Below, piece by piece: positions 13,205-25,949 of a DNA stretch of 64,000 nucleotides. The notes under the pieces are model-generated. The model saw only the letters and a program-made list of their open reading frames with translations. It ran no database searches and was not told where the DNA came from. The stretch's first letter is position 1, and the number at the start of each line of letters is the position of its first letter. Made by a program: the position numbers and the translations under genes. Location: positions 3,040,001-3,104,000 of the forward strand of contig CM075993.1 of the NCBI GenBank assembly GCA_038087875.1. Reading direction: 5' to 3'. Source of the stretch: Malacoraja senta. Taxonomy: Eukaryota.

Positions 13205-13460
13205 CTCACAGAGAGTGGTGAGTCGGTGGAATTCTCTGCCTCAGAGGGCGGTGGAGGCAGATTCTCTGGATGCTTTCAAGAGAGAGCTGGATAGGGCTCT
13301 TAAAAATAGCAGAGTCAGGGGATATGGGGAGAAGGCAGGAACGGGGTACTGATTGGGGATGATCAGCCATGATCACATTGAATGGTGGTGCTGGCTCGAA
13401 GGGCCAAATGGCCTACTCCTGCACCTATTGTCTATTGTCTATTGTCTATTGTCTATTGTC
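13205..13460 (+). mobile_element. CR1-type LINE 3' end
   Basis: WNSLPQRAVEA..DAFKRELDRAL coding end; tail (ctattgt)n. Confidence 0.85.
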
Positions 13461-14191
13461 TAACTCAGCGGGACAAACAGCATCTCTGGAGAGAAGGAAT
13501 GAGTGATGTTTCGGGTCGAGACCCTTCTTTGTGGTGTTATTTGTATCGACATGCTCTAACCTTGCTGACCAAGCCCCTCGATAGAATCTTATCACCAGCA
13601 TTGTGGATCTATGCTGAAGAAGGGTCTCGACCCGAAACGTCACCCATTCCTTCTCTCCAGAGATGCTGCCTGACCCGCTGAGTTACTCCAGCATTTTGTG
13701 TCTGTCTATGATCGAACCCTTTTCCTGCGGTGTTTTTGTATCTTGAAGGAACTAATAGGTTGTTTGTCACGCATTGCTTCTCTAAATGCTTTCCGTGGCT
13801 TGTTCTGTCCTCAATATACCCTTCAGTGTGATTTACAATCAACCACAAGTCAACCTACCACATATATTCTCAAAGAAATCCAATAAATGAGTCAAATTCA
13901 GTGCCCCCTTTCATAAATCCAAGTTGAACCTGCTCAAACCTATTATTATTTTCTGTGTGTCATGATGCCACATCCATCCTTTTCCCAATTACCAACGTCA
14001 GGCCAACTGTTCCCTAACTTCTCATCCTCTCCGAAATCTCGCTTCGTACCGGGTGATATACCGCTGCCCCACTGTGCCGCCCGATGTCACTTTCGCCCGT
14101 ATTGTTCCCCGGTTCCAACGCCAGGCTTCTCTGGAGCGACTGCACTCAGGAACACCAACATCTCGCCTCTTTTCCCTTTTCTGCCTGGCTT

Positions 14192-14515
14192 TTAGTTTGC
14201 TTTAGAGATACAGCGCGGAAACAGGCCCTTTCGGCCCACCGGGTCCGCGCCGACCAGCGATCCCCGCACGTTAACACCATCCTACACCCACAAGTGACCT
14301 TTTTTTTCACATTTACCGAGCCAATTCACCTACAAACCTGGACGTCTTTGGAGTGTGGGAGGAAAACGAAGGTCTCGGAGAAAACCCACCCAGGTCACGG
14401 GGAGAAGGTACAAACTCCGTACAGACAGCACCCGTAGTCGGGATCGAACCCGGGTCTCCAGCACTGCGTTCGCTGTAAGGCAGCGACTCTACCGCTGCGC
14501 CACCGTGACCGCCCT
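14192..14515 (-). mobile_element. V-SINE, full length
   Basis: tRNA head with A and B boxes, V-domain and tail on minus strand. Confidence 0.9.
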
Positions 14516-14961
14516 TGGAATATTTCATTCCCCGCTTTGGTGACATTGCAGTGACTGTATATTGAAGCAGCGACCATGAAATCCTACTCCTTAAATCATC
14601 TGTCTCTCTGTGAATGCAGCCTGCATTTAGATGTGGCCTTTTTAACATTCATCCATATTCCGACCCTATTTGTTCCCTGGCTTTCTGTGTCCGCTGCCTA
14701 TTTACTTTGCTTATTCTATTTCTCATTTCTGTTTCCAGTTTTATCTTTTCTTCCACCTCATTCCCCCACCCCCCCCCCCCCCCTTCAGATTTCCATCCCC
14801 CATCCAGACTAGTTTGAACTTCACACGCAAACATTATCACAATCATAAGATATTAGTCCTGATCCTGTTCAGATGTAACACATTCTGCTTGTAATCCACT
14901 GGAAATACAGTAGTCCTAAACATCTCAAATATCTGAAGCCTTCTTCAAACTTAGACTTTAA

Positions 14962-15250
14962 GGCGGCATGGTGGCACAGCGGTAGAGCTGCTGCCGTCCA
15001 GCGGCAGAGACCCGGGTTCGATCCTGACTATGGGCACTGTCTGTTCTCCCTACGATTGCATGGGTTTTATCTGATATCGTTGGTTCCCTCCCACACTCCA
15101 AAGACGTACAGGTTTGCAGGTGAATTGGCTTGATATTATAGTAAATTGTCCCTAGTGTGTGTAGGATAGTGTAAGTGTGCTGGGATCACTAGCTAGCGGG
15201 GACTCGTTGGGCCGATGAATGCTGTATGTCTAAATGAAACTAAACTAACC
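14962..15250 (+). mobile_element. V-SINE, diverged
   Basis: B box ggttcgatcc, V-domain, ctaaac tail. Confidence 0.8.
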
Positions 15251-16274
15251 ACTAATGCGCACCATGCGCGCGTCGTGCGTTGTGACGCGTAAATGATGTC
15301 GCGTAAATTACGCGCAAATGACGGCCAAGTGGGACAGGCCCTTTAGAGAAGTCAATGTCCATACCACTGGGGTGTAAGATGCTCAAGCGAAAAGATGAGG
15401 TGCTGTTCCTCCAATTTGCGTTGGGTCTCACTGATTTGAAACTTGCATTTGCAAATGGCATCCATGTGCTGCAGATTTCTGTGCACATAAGGCCGTATTA
15501 GTTCCTTAGTTGGCACGGTGACTGCACTCCGAGCAAGTACTCAGGCAAGTTTTCAGGCAACTGAATCATCCTACCACAACCAGAGAGCTGTGCTGAACTT
15601 CCATCTGCCTCGTTGGTGACCCTCGGACTATCCTTGATCGGACTTTGCTGGCTTTACCTTGCACTGAGCGTTATCCCCTTCATCATGGATCTACACACTG
15701 TGAATAGCTCGATTGTCAAGTCAAGGCAAGTTTATTCGTCACATACACACACGAGATGTGTAGTGAAATGAAAAGTGGCAATGCTCGCGGACTGTGCAAA
15801 AAAAACAAACAACCAAACTACAAACAGAATGGAACAGAATCACATATTTACATATTACATATTTGTGGGAGGGAAGAAAAAGAAAAAAAAACAGCAATTT
15901 TAAAAAGACACCCCACAACAGTAAAATGGTTCAGTAAAGTTAGTCCCTGGAGAGACAGGAGTTAACAGTCCTAATGGCCTCTGGGAAGAAACTCCTTCTC
16001 ATCCTCTCCGTTCTCATGATTGTAATCATGTATTTAGGTTAGTTTAACGTTAGAGCATGGAAACAGGCCCTTCGGCCCACCGGGTCAGCACCGACCAGCG
16101 ATCCCCGCATATTAACACAATCTTACACCCAGCAGGGATAATTTTAACATTTAATACAACAAATAAGCCACAAACTGTGTTGTCTTTCCGCTGACTGGAT
16201 AGCACGCAACAAAAGCTTTTCACTGTACCTCGGTACATGTGACAATAAACTAAACTGAAACTGAAACTACTAAA

Positions 16275-16520
16275 TACACCCCAGCGGTATGAACATTGAC
16301 CTCTCCAATTTCAGGTAGTCCCTGCTTTCTCCCTCCTTCCCCTCCCCTTCCCAGCTCTCCCACAGCCCACTGTCTCCGCCTCTTCCTTCCTTCATCCCGC
16401 CCCCTCTCCCCCCACCCCCACATCAGTCTGAAGAAGGGTCTCGACCCGAAACGTCGCCTATTTCCTTCGCTCCATAGATGCTGCCTCACCCGCGGAGTTT
16501 CTCCAGCATTGTTGTCTACT
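16275..16520 (+). mobile_element. Penelope-like 3' end with hammerhead-like motif
   Basis: PSGMNIDLSNFR end, pyrimidine-rich UTR, CTGAAGA-agggtctcgaccc-GAAA-cgtc at 16428-16455. Confidence 0.8.
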
Positions 16521-17096
16521 TATTCGGATGTAAGGTGCTTCAGAACATTTCGAGTCTCTCCGACGTTAGTGTCCCAAGGGCGAAAATCATCTGTTAGTGA
16601 CATTAATTAGCGGACATTCAGAAAGTTTGTTTACTGGCTAGTGTCCGCCTTCACTGTTGAGGGACGTGACCTATGTAAAATAAAGAGGTTAATGCCTGTA
16701 ATTAAATAACAGGCAGAGGAATGTCAAAATATTAGAGCTTTCTTTTGTATCGTTCGAGTCATTTCACTCTGTGCACCATAATCCTTTAAACCTGTCCACC
16801 ATGTTAATATTCAGCAGCTATTTTTTACTACAAAGGTGACTCTATCATCCTTGCTTACTTGTCCTGCTGGCTGGGGCGTTAGCATTACAGTGCTGCGGAC
16901 TTATCTGAATTCATTGTCACTGAGGTTGTCTTCAATGAATGGAGCAGTCTAATGTTTGTGTCAATTGCATTCTGAACCATTACCTCAGCCACATGAGTCT
17001 ACATTCTAACCATAGCTGAGGAGAAATTGAAATTCAAGGCAGTGAATGGAATGCAGATTATTTTCTTTGCAAAAATAAAAAGGACTTTTAGTAATA

Positions 17097-17590
17097 TCGT
17101 GGCTTGGTTCGGCAACTTGAGCGCCCAGGAGCGGAAAAGACTGCAAAAAGTAGTAAACACTGCCCAGTCCATCATCGGCTCTGACCTCCCTTCCATCGAG
17201 GGGATCTATCGCAGTCGCTGCCTCAAAAAGGCTGGCAGCATCATCAAGGGCCAACACCATCCTGGCCACACACTCATCTCCCCGCTACCTTCAGGTAGAA
17301 GGTACAGGAGCCTGAAGACTGCAACGACCAGGTTCAGGAATAGCTACTTCCCCACAGCCATCAGGCTATTAAACTCAACTCAAACAAAACTCTGATCATT
17401 AATAGCCCATTATCTGTTTATTTGCACTTTATCAGTTTATTTATTCATGTGTGTATATATTTATATAATGGTATATGGACACACTGATCTATTCTGTAGT
17501 CATGCCTACTATATTCTGTTGTGCTGAAGCAAAGCAAGAATTTCATTGTCATATCTGGGACACATGACAATAAACTCTCTTGAATCTTGA
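17097..17590 (+). mobile_element. Rex1/Babar-type LINE 3' fragment
   Basis: IVAWFGNLSAQERKRLQKVVNTAQSIIG...GRRYRSLKTATTRFRNSYFPTAIRLLN, typical of Rex1/Babar C-termini. Confidence 0.8.
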
Positions 17591-17894
17591 ATATAGCCTT
17601 TAGATTTTTGTAAAAGCCAACTTCATTTATTCACGCCCTTCAGATATGGGGAGAAGGCAGGAACGGGGTACTGATTGGGGATGATCAGCCATGATCACAT
17701 TGAATGGCGGCGCTGGCTCGAAGGGCCGAATGGCCTACTCCTGCACCTAATCCTTACCATCTGTTTAAGGGGGTGAGCCTGGCACTGGGGACTGGAGAGA
17801 ATCAGGCCTTGTCTACAAGGGTGGCACGCTGGTGCAGTGCCAGACACCCGGGTTCGATCCTGACTACAACAAAAACGAAACTAATACACTCAAT

Positions 17895-18490
17895 GGGCAG
17901 CACGGTGGCGCAGCGGTAGAGTTGCTGCCTTACAGCGCTTACAGCGCCAGAGACCTGGGTTCAATCCCGACTACTGGTGCTGTCTGTACGGAGTTTGAAC
18001 GTTCTCCCCGTGACCTGTGTGGGATTTCTCCAAGATCTTCGGTTTCCTCCCACACTCCAAAGACGCACAGGTTTGTAGGTTAATTAGACAATAGACAATA
18101 GGTGCAGGAGTAGGCCATTCGGCCCTTCGAGCCAGCACCGCCATTCAATGTGATCATGGCTGATCATCCCCAATCAGTATCCGGTTCCTGCCTTCTCCCC
18201 ATATCCCCTGACTCCGCTATCTTTAAGAGCCCTATCTAGCTCTCTCTTGAAAGTATCCGGGAGAACCGGCCTCCACCGCCCTCTGAGGCAGAGAATTCAC
18301 AGATTCACAACTCTCTGTGTGAGAAAGTGTTTCCTCGTCTCTGTTCTAAATGGCTTACTCCTTATTCTTAAACTGTGGCCCCTGGCTTGGGTATAAGTGT
18401 AAATTGTCCCTAGTGTGTATGTGGGGATCACTGGTCGGCGCGGACTCGGTGAGCCTGTTTCCGCGCTGTATCTCTAAACTAAACCAAACT
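17895..18490 (+). mobile_element. V-SINE interrupted by an antisense CR1 fragment (about 18085-18384)
   Basis: SINE breaks at ggttaatt and resumes at ggcttgggtataag. Confidence 0.8.
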
Positions 18491-20350
18491 AAGGAGGAAG
18501 GAACTATATGTAACTGTGATTGTTTTTTTTGCTGTCTCAGCACTGGGGCAATTAGGGATGTATGTTCAATGTTGGTCTTGCCAGAAGTGTCCAAATTCTG
18601 TGATCAAAATTAAAGAAAAAAGTCCCATGGAGTTTAATTAGGAAGACGTGCAAATATTCAAGCTTTGCACTGCTCCAGGCAGTTGGATGATGGGAAGCCT
18701 CAAAATAAATTGGGAATGAAGGTGTTCGAACGATGAACACAAAACTCCGGGCTTGCATTCGAATGGAATATAATGGTACATTGTCCGCAGACTGTTGCAA
18801 AATCATGTCTACTCCATGTGTAGGAAGGAACTGCTGAAGAAGGGCCTTGACCCGAAATGTCACCTATTCCTTCTCACTGGAGATGCTGTCTGACCCGCTG
18901 AGTTACTCCAGCTTTTTGTGTCTATCTTCAGTGTAAACCAGCATCTGCAGTTCCTTCCTGCACATCCAATTAGCCAGGATTGGGTCAAGTCACCTGCACT
19001 TCATCAACCCTAAACCGAGGCAGGTCCAGCCACTTAGAGGAAGTGGGTGAGAGGAACAGGAGATCTTCCCTCCCCTTTGAGGCCATGTCTGAGATGCTGG
19101 GACAAGCCTGAGATGGCCAGTGCCTTCGCTTTGAGGTTAAGCCCTAGACTGAGCAACCGGGACGAGCCTGAGACTGCCAGCTCCTCCTCACTGCCCACAG
19201 ACAATGAGGGAATGTGCCTCCGTCCCCCGGTCTGAAGAGTAAGACTGAGCTGCCGGGACAATCCTGAGACAGCCAGTTCATAAGTGATAGGAGCACAATT
19301 AGGCCATTCGGCCCATCAAGTCTACTCCGCCATTCAATCATAGCTGATCTATCTCTCCCTCTCAACCCCATTCTCCTGCCTTCTCCCCATGACCCCGTAC
19401 TAATCAACAATCTAGCAATCCCTGCCTCAAAAATATCCATCCACTTGGCCTCCACAGCCTTCTGTGGCAATGAATTCCACAGATTCACCGCCCTCTAACT
19501 AAAGAAATTCTTCCTCATCTCCAGGTGCGTTCTTTTATTCCGAAGCTGTGCCCTCAGCCATTCCTACGTCGGTGTCAAGCTGTGCAAATGTTGATTGCAT
19601 GGGTTTTTGAAAACACTGGGAAAAACATTTCTTTAAGTTTCTGTGAGTTTCCCAGGGTGACGACTGAATGAAAACAGGTTCAATGCCATTACCACAGCAA
19701 TATCCAGGCAAGTTATTAGAAGGAAAGAATTTCAATTTTTTTTAGATAATTGAACATGGATTTGCTGAATTAGTCCATAACAATAAAGGCATCTGAAGCC
19801 ACACACACTGTAAAAAGTGAAAAGAATAGGCAAGTACTTTGAGAAAGAAAAAAAGTCCGAAATGATGTCTGAAATAGTTTTAGCTTATTTTAAAATATTT
19901 GCGCATAATTTTATGTTAATTGGAAATGAGTTTCATAATTGAACTGCTGTAAATGCAGACGAAGATTTACCTAAATTACTTTCAATAGCAGGAAGTCTGC
20001 AATTTGCATGAGTAAATGATCTACTTTCATAAAGTGATGCTGACCAGAACTGATACAATCTCGTGGATAAGTGAAAAGGAACATGCTTATTAAAGCATCC
20101 CCATAACCAGGTTTGAATCTCGGCACTTGCAGTTAATGACATCAATTATTTCAACATGAAGCAATCTTCGAACTTCTGCCTCCCAACTTTTGTCTGAGAT
20201 TGGTTTTCTTCAAAGGTCTTAATTTGGAAAACGCTGGCTTTTATTGTTACAAAAGCTTACCAACAATTTGCAAACTGATTAGAAAATATAGCCTCATACA
20301 GCAGGCAAAGAATCTTCTCTCTCTAACTTGTCCATGCCCCATCCATGTAA

Positions 20351-20697
20351 AAGCCCTGTCCCACGGTACGAGTTCATTCCAAGAGCTCTCCCCCAATTTG
20401 CCCTGATTCGAACTCGGAGATTTACGGTAATGGCCACTCGTCGGTACTCGGGGCTCTCGTGGACATTTTTCATCATGTTGAAAAATCTTCACGATTCTTC
20501 CCGTGCTTTCCTGCCGTTAGCGAGTCTTCCAGAGTACCTGCCGTTAGCGAGTCTTTCCGAGTACCTGCTGTTAGCGCTAAGAGACGTCCCCTAGCTCCAC
20601 GTACCCGCTACGTTCATTCTCCGTGCTTACCATGAGTTTGATTTTTTTTAAACTCGGGAGAGCTCTTGGAATGAACTCGTACAGTGGGACAGGGCTA
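20351..20697. mobile_element. Harbinger-type MITE
   Basis: TIR aagccctgtcccacggtacgagttcattccaagagctctccc / gggagagctcttggaatgaactcgtacagtgggacagggct; TWA flanks. Confidence 0.85.
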
Positions 20698-20963
20698 TTA
20701 ATCACATTTTGCCTATGTTAGACCCATTTCCTCTCTGAACATTTCCGAATCATGTACCTGTCTAAATGTCCCTTAAATGTTGTTATTGTATCTATTAATA
20801 TACTACTCGTGTTGTCAATCTAACAGACTCAAGAAGGGTCTCGACCCGAAACACCACCTATTCCTTTTCTTCAGACCCTGACTGTCTGACCCGCTGAGTT
20901 ACTCCAGCTTTTTGTGTCTATCTTCACTATCAAACCATCGTACACACTGGAAGATGCCCACTT

Positions 20964-21232
20964 GGGCGGCACGGAGGCGCAGCGGTAGAGTTGCTGCCTT
21001 ACAGCGCCAGAGACACGGGTTCGATCCTGACTACGGGTGCTGTCTGTACGGAGTTTGTACGTTCTCCCCGTGACCTGCGTGGGTTTTCTCCGAGATCTTC
21101 GGTTTCCTCCCACACTCCAAAGACGTGCAGGTTTGTAGGTTAATTGGCTTGGTGTAAATGTAAATTGTCCCTAGTGTGTGTAGGTAGTGTTAGTGTGCGG
21201 GGATCGCTGGTCGGCGCGGACTCGGTGGGCCA
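20964..21232 (+). mobile_element. V-SINE
   Basis: tRNA head, B box ggttcgatcc, V-domain. Confidence 0.9.
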
Positions 21233-21632
21233 TCAGGCAACATGTGCGAATATTATGATCTTTGACCAATAATTCAGTCTCTCGCTCTCTCTCCACAGAA
21301 GCTGCCTGACTTGCTCTCTTTACCATTTCTGATTTGCCTTGTCTGGAAAAGTGGAGAGCTAACAAATAAAATAAAAGGTAAAAACCTTTGCTTCATTAAC
21401 CAGAGATGATTGTGTAACCATGACAAACAGTCTTCAGCTTGTTAACAAGTCAGATCATTACTGGAGCAATGGGAACTTCATCAGTGTCCAGTTACTGCTG
21501 ACTATCAGTGGGAGACAAGGCCCATTTTGTGTTCCAATATATTTATTTATTATGTATAGGAAGGGACTGCAGATGCTGGTTTAAACCGAAGATGGACTCA
21601 AAAAGCTGGAGTAACTCTGCGGGGGTAACTTA

Positions 21633-22043
21633 AGGGGCTGTCCCACTTGGGCGACCTACTCCACAAGTCCTGGTGAGTTTGCCCTTGACTCATACTTGCA
21701 GCATGGTCAACACAAGGTCCTAGGAGGTCTTTGTAACTCTCCTTCATGCTCGGGAGTAGTCCCCGTGTACTCGAGGCCTCAGCTAGGTAGTGGCGTATTT
21801 TTCAACACGCTGTAAAATGCCCGCGAATAAAAAAATGTCGCCATGGAAAAAATCGATATTTTTTTTACTCGTAGGTTTAGTCGAAGTAGGTCGTAGTAGG
21901 TCGGCATGTTAGTCGTAGGTAATCGAGGGTAGTCGAAGGTAGTCGTAGATAGTCTTCATCATAGTCAAAGGAGGTCTTCAACATGACATTTTTTCAAACT
22001 CTCCTAAACTCGCCAATTAGGTCGCCCAAGTGGGACAGCCCCT
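21633..22043. mobile_element. Harbinger-type MITE
   Basis: TIR aggggctgtcccacttgggcgaccta / taggtcgcccaagtgggacagcccct; TTA at 21630-21632 and 22044-22046. Confidence 0.9.
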
Positions 22044-22574
22044 TTAGGCAGAGGTTCACTTGCACCTCCTCCAATCTCATCTACTGCATCCATTGTTCAA
22101 GATGTGGACTCTTATACATCAGCGAGACCAAACGTAGACTAGGCGATCGTTTAACTGAACACCTACACTCAGCCCGTCTCAACCTACCTGATCTCCCGGT
22201 TGCTAAACACTTTAATTCCCCTTCCCATTCCCACACTGACCTTTCTGTCCTCGGTCTCCTCCATTGTCAGAGTGAGGCTAAAGGCAAATTGGAGGAACAG
22301 CATCTCATATTTTGCTTGTGCAGCTTACAGCCCAGTGGTATGAATATTGATTTCTCTAACTTCAGGTAGCCCCGGCATTCCCTCTCCTCTCTATCCCTCC
22401 CCCACCCAAGTCGCACCAGCTTCTCGTTCTCACCCTACAAACAGCTAACAATGGCCTGTATCCTTTATCATCGTTACCCTTTTGCATATCTTTCATCCAT
22501 TAGACAATCGACAATAGACAATAGGTGCAGGAGTAGGCCATTCGGCCCTTCGAGCCAGCACCGCCATTCAATGT

Positions 22575-23540
22575 TCTGGATGATGGTGTGGTAAATTGGA
22601 TTAGTAAGTATGCAGATGATACTAAGATAGGTGGGGCTGTGGATAATGAAGTAAATTTTCAAAGTCTACAGAGAAATTTATGCCGGTTGGAAGAGTGGGC
22701 TGAAAGATGGCAGATGGAGTTTAATGCTGATAAGTGTGAGGTGCTACATCTTGGCAGGACAAATCAAAATAGGACGTACATGGTAAATGGTAGGGAATTG
22801 AAGAATGCAGGTGAACAGAGGGATCTTGGAATAACTGTGCACAGTTCCCTGAAAGTGGAATCTCATGTAGATAGGGTGGTAAAGAAAGCTTTTGGTGTGC
22901 TGGCTTTTATAAATCAGAGCATTGAGTATAGAAGTTGGGATGTAATGTTAAAATTGTGCAAGGCATTGGTGAGGCCAATTCTGGAGTATGGTGTACAATT
23001 TTGGTTGCCTAATTATAGGAAGGATGTCAACAAAATAGAGAGAGTACAGAGGAGATTTACTAGAATGTTGCCTGGGTTTCAGCAACTAAGTTACAGAGAA
23101 AGGTTGAACAAGTTAGGTCTTTATTCTTTGGAGCGCAGAAGGTTAAGGGGGACTTGATAGAGGTCTTTAAAATGATGAGAGGGATAGACAGAGTTGACGT
23201 GGATAAGCTTTTCCCACTGAGAGTAGGGAAGATTCAAACAAGGGGACATGACTTGAGAATTAAGGGACAGAAGTTTAGGGGTAACATGAGGGGGAACTTC
23301 TTTACTCAGAAAGTGGTGGCTGTGTGGAATGAGCTTCCAGTGAAGGTGGTGGAGGCAGGTTAGTTTTTATCATTTAAAAATAAATTGGATAGTTATATGG
23401 ACGGGAAAGGAATGGAGGGTTATGGTCTGAGCGCAGGTATATGGGACATGGGGAGAATACGTGTTCGGCACGGACTAGAAGGGGTCGCGATGGCCTGTTT
23501 CCGTGCTGTAATTGTTATATTATATTATATATTATATTAT
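22575..23540 (+). mobile_element. CR1-type LINE reverse transcriptase C-terminal fragment (frameshifted near 23154)
   Basis: KYADDTKIGG catalytic motif, WQMEFNADKC, LVRPILEY, RGNFFTQKVVAVWNELP; (atatt)n tail. Confidence 0.92.
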
Positions 23541-23759
23541 AATGTGATCATGGCTGATCATCCCCAATCAGTACCCCGTTCCTGCCTTCTCCCCATATCC
23601 CCTGACTCCGTTATCTTTAAGAGCCCTATCTAGCTCTCTCTTGAAAGCATCCAGAGAACCTGCCTCCACCGCCCTCTGAGGCAGAGAAGTTCTTTGTTCT
23701 TTATCACTCCATATCACCGTCTATATCTCTCGTTTCCCTTTTCCCTAACCAGTCTGAAG

Positions 23760-23797
23760 CAAAGATCCTATAGCTGAGCTCCGCTACAGGATCTTTG
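23760..23797. mobile_element. 38-bp palindromic insertion with 8-bp target duplication (hAT-like micro-MITE)
   Basis: caaagatcctatagctgagctccgctacaggatctttg flanked by gtctgaag at 23752-23759 and 23798-23805. Confidence 0.75.
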
Positions 23798-24361
23798 GTC
23801 TGAAGAAGGGTATTGACACCCATTCCTCCTCTCCAGCGATGCTGCCTCACCCGCTGATTTACTCCAGCTTTCAATACTGCTCACAATACTCCAAATGTGG
23901 TCTGACCAGTGCCTTATAAATCCTCAGCAAATCCCACCCCCCCCCCCCCTCCCCACCTCAATTATTGTGAATGATTTAATTCAAAATTGACAGACACTTG
24001 AGTGGAGCACCAAGCATTGACACTGAATGAGTAGATGGTAGGCAATTGTCACACTTAATCGTTAGCTCATTGTTTACCACATTTATTCTGTAAAAACTAT
24101 ATACAGATAGAAGAAGGATAATCCATCAATGATCTGTAAATCTCAAAACTGTAAAGTGGGTCAATTCCATCTTCTCTGCTTCCTAAATATATCCTGTGTC
24201 TTACAAATATATGGTGTCTTACATGTCATGTCCTTACAAACAGTGTCATGTTAAAGATTTTAAATCAAAGTATGTCTGGACATCAGCAATGTCAAATATT
24301 GAAGCATTTTACTTTGATGTTGACAAGATTTGTATTTGACATTAATAGTCAAGAATGTGGA

Positions 24362-24680
24362 GTTTAGTGCAGTTTAGTTTTAGTTTAGAGATACAGCGCG
24401 GAAACAGGCCCTTGGGCCCACCGGGTCCGCGCCGACCAGCGATCCCCACACACTAACACTACCCTACACACACGAGGGACAATTTTTACATTTAAACCGA
24501 GCCAATTGAACCTACAACGCTGCGCGTCTTTGGAGTGCGGGAGGAAACCGAAGGTCGCGGAGAAAACCCACGCAGGTCACGGGGAGAACGTGCAAACTCC
24601 GTACAGACAGCACCCGTAGTCGGGATCGAACCCGGGTCTCTGGCGCTGTGAGGCGGCAACTCTACCGCTGCCCCACCTCC
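24362..24680 (-). mobile_element. V-SINE
   Basis: Near full-length reverse-complement copy. Confidence 0.88.
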
Positions 24681-24777
24681 TCAGTGGGCAAATGGAGGTG
24701 GGTCACCCACGAACTAATTGAACAGGGGATCGGGATCAAGGAACCAGGCAGTCTTTTACCATTGTGTTAAAGAAGGA

Positions 24778-25704
24778 GGAGCCGCCATCTTGGAGGAACG
24801 GCTGCTAAACAGCGGCCGTCCGTCAAATTCACTCTTTCTTTAGTTTAGCGTTTTTTATTTCTTTGTTTGTTTGGGGGATTTTTACTTTTAATGTGGCGGG
24901 GTAAGGGGGTAACTATTTCTGGGTCCCTACCTGGTCGGTGAGGCAGCTTTTTCTCCGGGCTGCCTCGTCGACCCGTCCTCGTGGCCTACCAGCGGGCATG
25001 GAGCGCCGTTTCCTGACGTGGACCGCCCAGCACCTTCAGCTTCGGTGGCGGCACAGCGCTGGAGCGCTAACGTGGAGCGATGCCTTGCCTGGATCGCCGC
25101 GCTGGATCGACGCGCTGGAGCTCCGGTGAGCTGGACCGCCGAGCTCAACACCTCCGGGCTGCAGGACTGCGGCGCCGACTCCAACATCGGGAGCCTCGTG
25201 GCTCCAAATCGGCGCGGCCCTGTCGGCTTCAGGTGCCATCGACTCCGCTGGGAAACCGGCCGTTCCAGCCGCTGCGAGGACTCTCCCGACGGCCAGGAAC
25301 ATCGGGCCTCCGTAGAGGCAACTGTGGCGGCCTCGATGGGCCTGACTCTGGGGAGAACTGGGTTGGGGACTGGACGTTGTGCCTTCCCCCACAGTGGTGG
25401 TCATTGTGGGGGGATGATTTCTGTGTGCTGTGCCTGTTAGTCTGTGTGCAAGATGGCGGTCGGAGGGGAGAGTGGACGCTGGCGCGAATTGGTCGCCGCT
25501 GCTCTCTCCTCAAATTGTGTTTCTTATTTTCTTTTTGTGCTCTTGAAATTGAATTCTGTCCTTGATTTGTGTACCGTGGTGTTTTTATATTTGATTTATT
25601 CCAATTATGTGTTTTGTATTTTTTTGTGATTCTATGTCTTGTAAGGTGTCCTTGGGTTTTAGAAAGGCGCCAGTAAATAAAATGAATTATTATTATTATT
25701 ATTA
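24778..25704 (+). mobile_element. GC-rich non-autonomous retroelement (copy B) with L2-type tail
   Basis: 11-bp direct repeat ttaaagaagga at 24767-24777 and 25705-25715; tail gtaaggtgtccttgggttttagaaaggcgcc...(att)n. Confidence 0.75.
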
Positions 25705-25949
25705 TTAAAGAAGGAACTGCAGATGCTGGAAAATCGAAGGTAGACAAAAATGCTGGAGAAACTCAGCGGGTGCGGCAGCATCTATGGAGCGAAGGAAATA
25801 GGCAACGTTTCGGGCCGAAACCCTTCCGGGTTTCGTCCCGAAACGTTGCCTATTTCCTTCAGGGTTTCGGCCCGAAACGTTGCCTATTTCCTTCGCTCCA
25901 TAGATGCTGCTGCACCCGCTGAGTTTCTCCAGCATTTTTGTGTACCTTT
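25705..25949. mobile_element. Palindromic Penelope-derived non-autonomous element (its first bases lie at 24764-24777)
   Basis: Core is the reverse complement of the 2674 core; near-perfect direct repeat agtcttt(t/c)accatt at 24750-24763 and 25950-25963. Confidence 0.75.

Larger units (their letters stand above)
22047..23870 (+). mobile_element. Penelope-like element 3' part (GIY-YIG endonuclease remnant 22047-22369) hosting nested CR1 insertions
   Basis: FTCTSSNLIYCIHCSRCGLLYISETKRRLGDRLTEH is a GIY-YIG signature with the Penelope Cys motif; UTR resumes near 23690. Confidence 0.85.

Noticed and set aside
19034..19261. Short ORFs in non-repeat GC-balanced sequence
   Set aside because: No recognisable domain or convincing splice-site pair.
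20964..21035. tRNA-like A/B boxes as tRNA genes
   Set aside because: They are heads of multi-copy SINEs followed by the V-domain and LINE tail.
24927..25747. Overlapping ORFs in GC-rich blocks (also 5664-6212, 7193-7743, 9917-10560, 26797-27611, 57822-58517) as genes or CpG-island promoters
   Set aside because: All lie within elements bounded by TIRs, TSDs or LINE tails; open frames follow from high GC.
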